Origin: Candidatus Latescibacterota bacterium
GTDB taxonomy: Bacteria; Latescibacterota; UBA2968; UBA8231
Length of the DNA: 64,000 nt
Direction of reading: 5' to 3'
NCBI GenBank assembly: GCA_965221775.1
Contig: CBDCSU010000004.1
Location: 608,001 to 672,000, forward strand
Of this stretch, positions 63,850 to 64,000 are shown piece by piece. A program made the position numbers and the translations under genes. The notes under the pieces were generated by a model. The model did not search any database and was not told where the DNA came from. It saw only the letters and a program-made list of their open reading frames with translations. Every line of letters begins with the position of its first letter. The first letter of the stretch is position 1.

Positions 63850-64000
63850 ATGCATTCCTCCACCCTCCGCGGCACCGACTTCGCCCTCACCCTCGAGGGG
63901 GCCCCCGTGTCCCACGCCGAGTTCTTCGAGGGCTTCGTGCGCACCCGGCGCCTCGGCGTGGTCTGCCCCTCTCCGCTCGACGGGCTCGGCGCCGCGGCCC
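63850..64000 (+). CDS. Hypothetical protein, 3'-truncated by the window edge
   Basis: GGAG SD, ATG 63850, MHSSTLRGTDFALTLEG..., frame open to the end. Confidence 0.6.
   Translation, partial: MHSSTLRGTDFALTLEGAPVSHAEFFEGFVRTRRLGVVCPSPLDGLGAAA

Overview
This is a gene-dense, very GC-rich bacterial chromosomal window from a diderm (it encodes LptE, a DsbD-type protein and lipoproteins). The gene content is reminiscent of Latescibacterota/Gemmatimonadota/Poribacteria-like lineages, but that placement is inference only. It holds about 55 CDS and one tRNA-Thr(TGT); no rRNA, CRISPR array, integrase or transposase was seen. Housekeeping genes (uvrB, dnaK, pgi, gnd, aroA, rarA, gdhA, lptE, lipA, mnmG, adk, pyrD) are interleaved with accessory metabolism. 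The main candidate for an undescribed system is a tightly coupled corrinoid methyl-transfer operon at 40390-46184. It contains an unknown protein with two FxCxxxH repeats, an MtaA/CmuA-type Zn methyltransferase, a stand-alone corrinoid protein, a small 4-Cys protein, a RACo/RamA-type reductive activator, a stand-alone homocysteine methyltransferase domain and a 'virulence factor'-family protein. A stand-alone methyl-THF:corrinoid methyltransferase lies at 52433-53518 and a core MetE-like protein at 16895-17896. Together these look like a fully split methionine synthase with an extra methyl-input module for an unknown substrate. Non-gene-level signals include diverged duplications of gene junctions that create coupled mini-ORFs (42021-42192, 62790-63085, 60475-60600), a 12-bp-repeat-bounded islet with a 42-aa ORF next to the tRNA, perfect palindromes over the lptE start codon and upstream of uvrB, and a probable CTG start codon. 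All product calls come from motif recognition by eye; no database searches were run.
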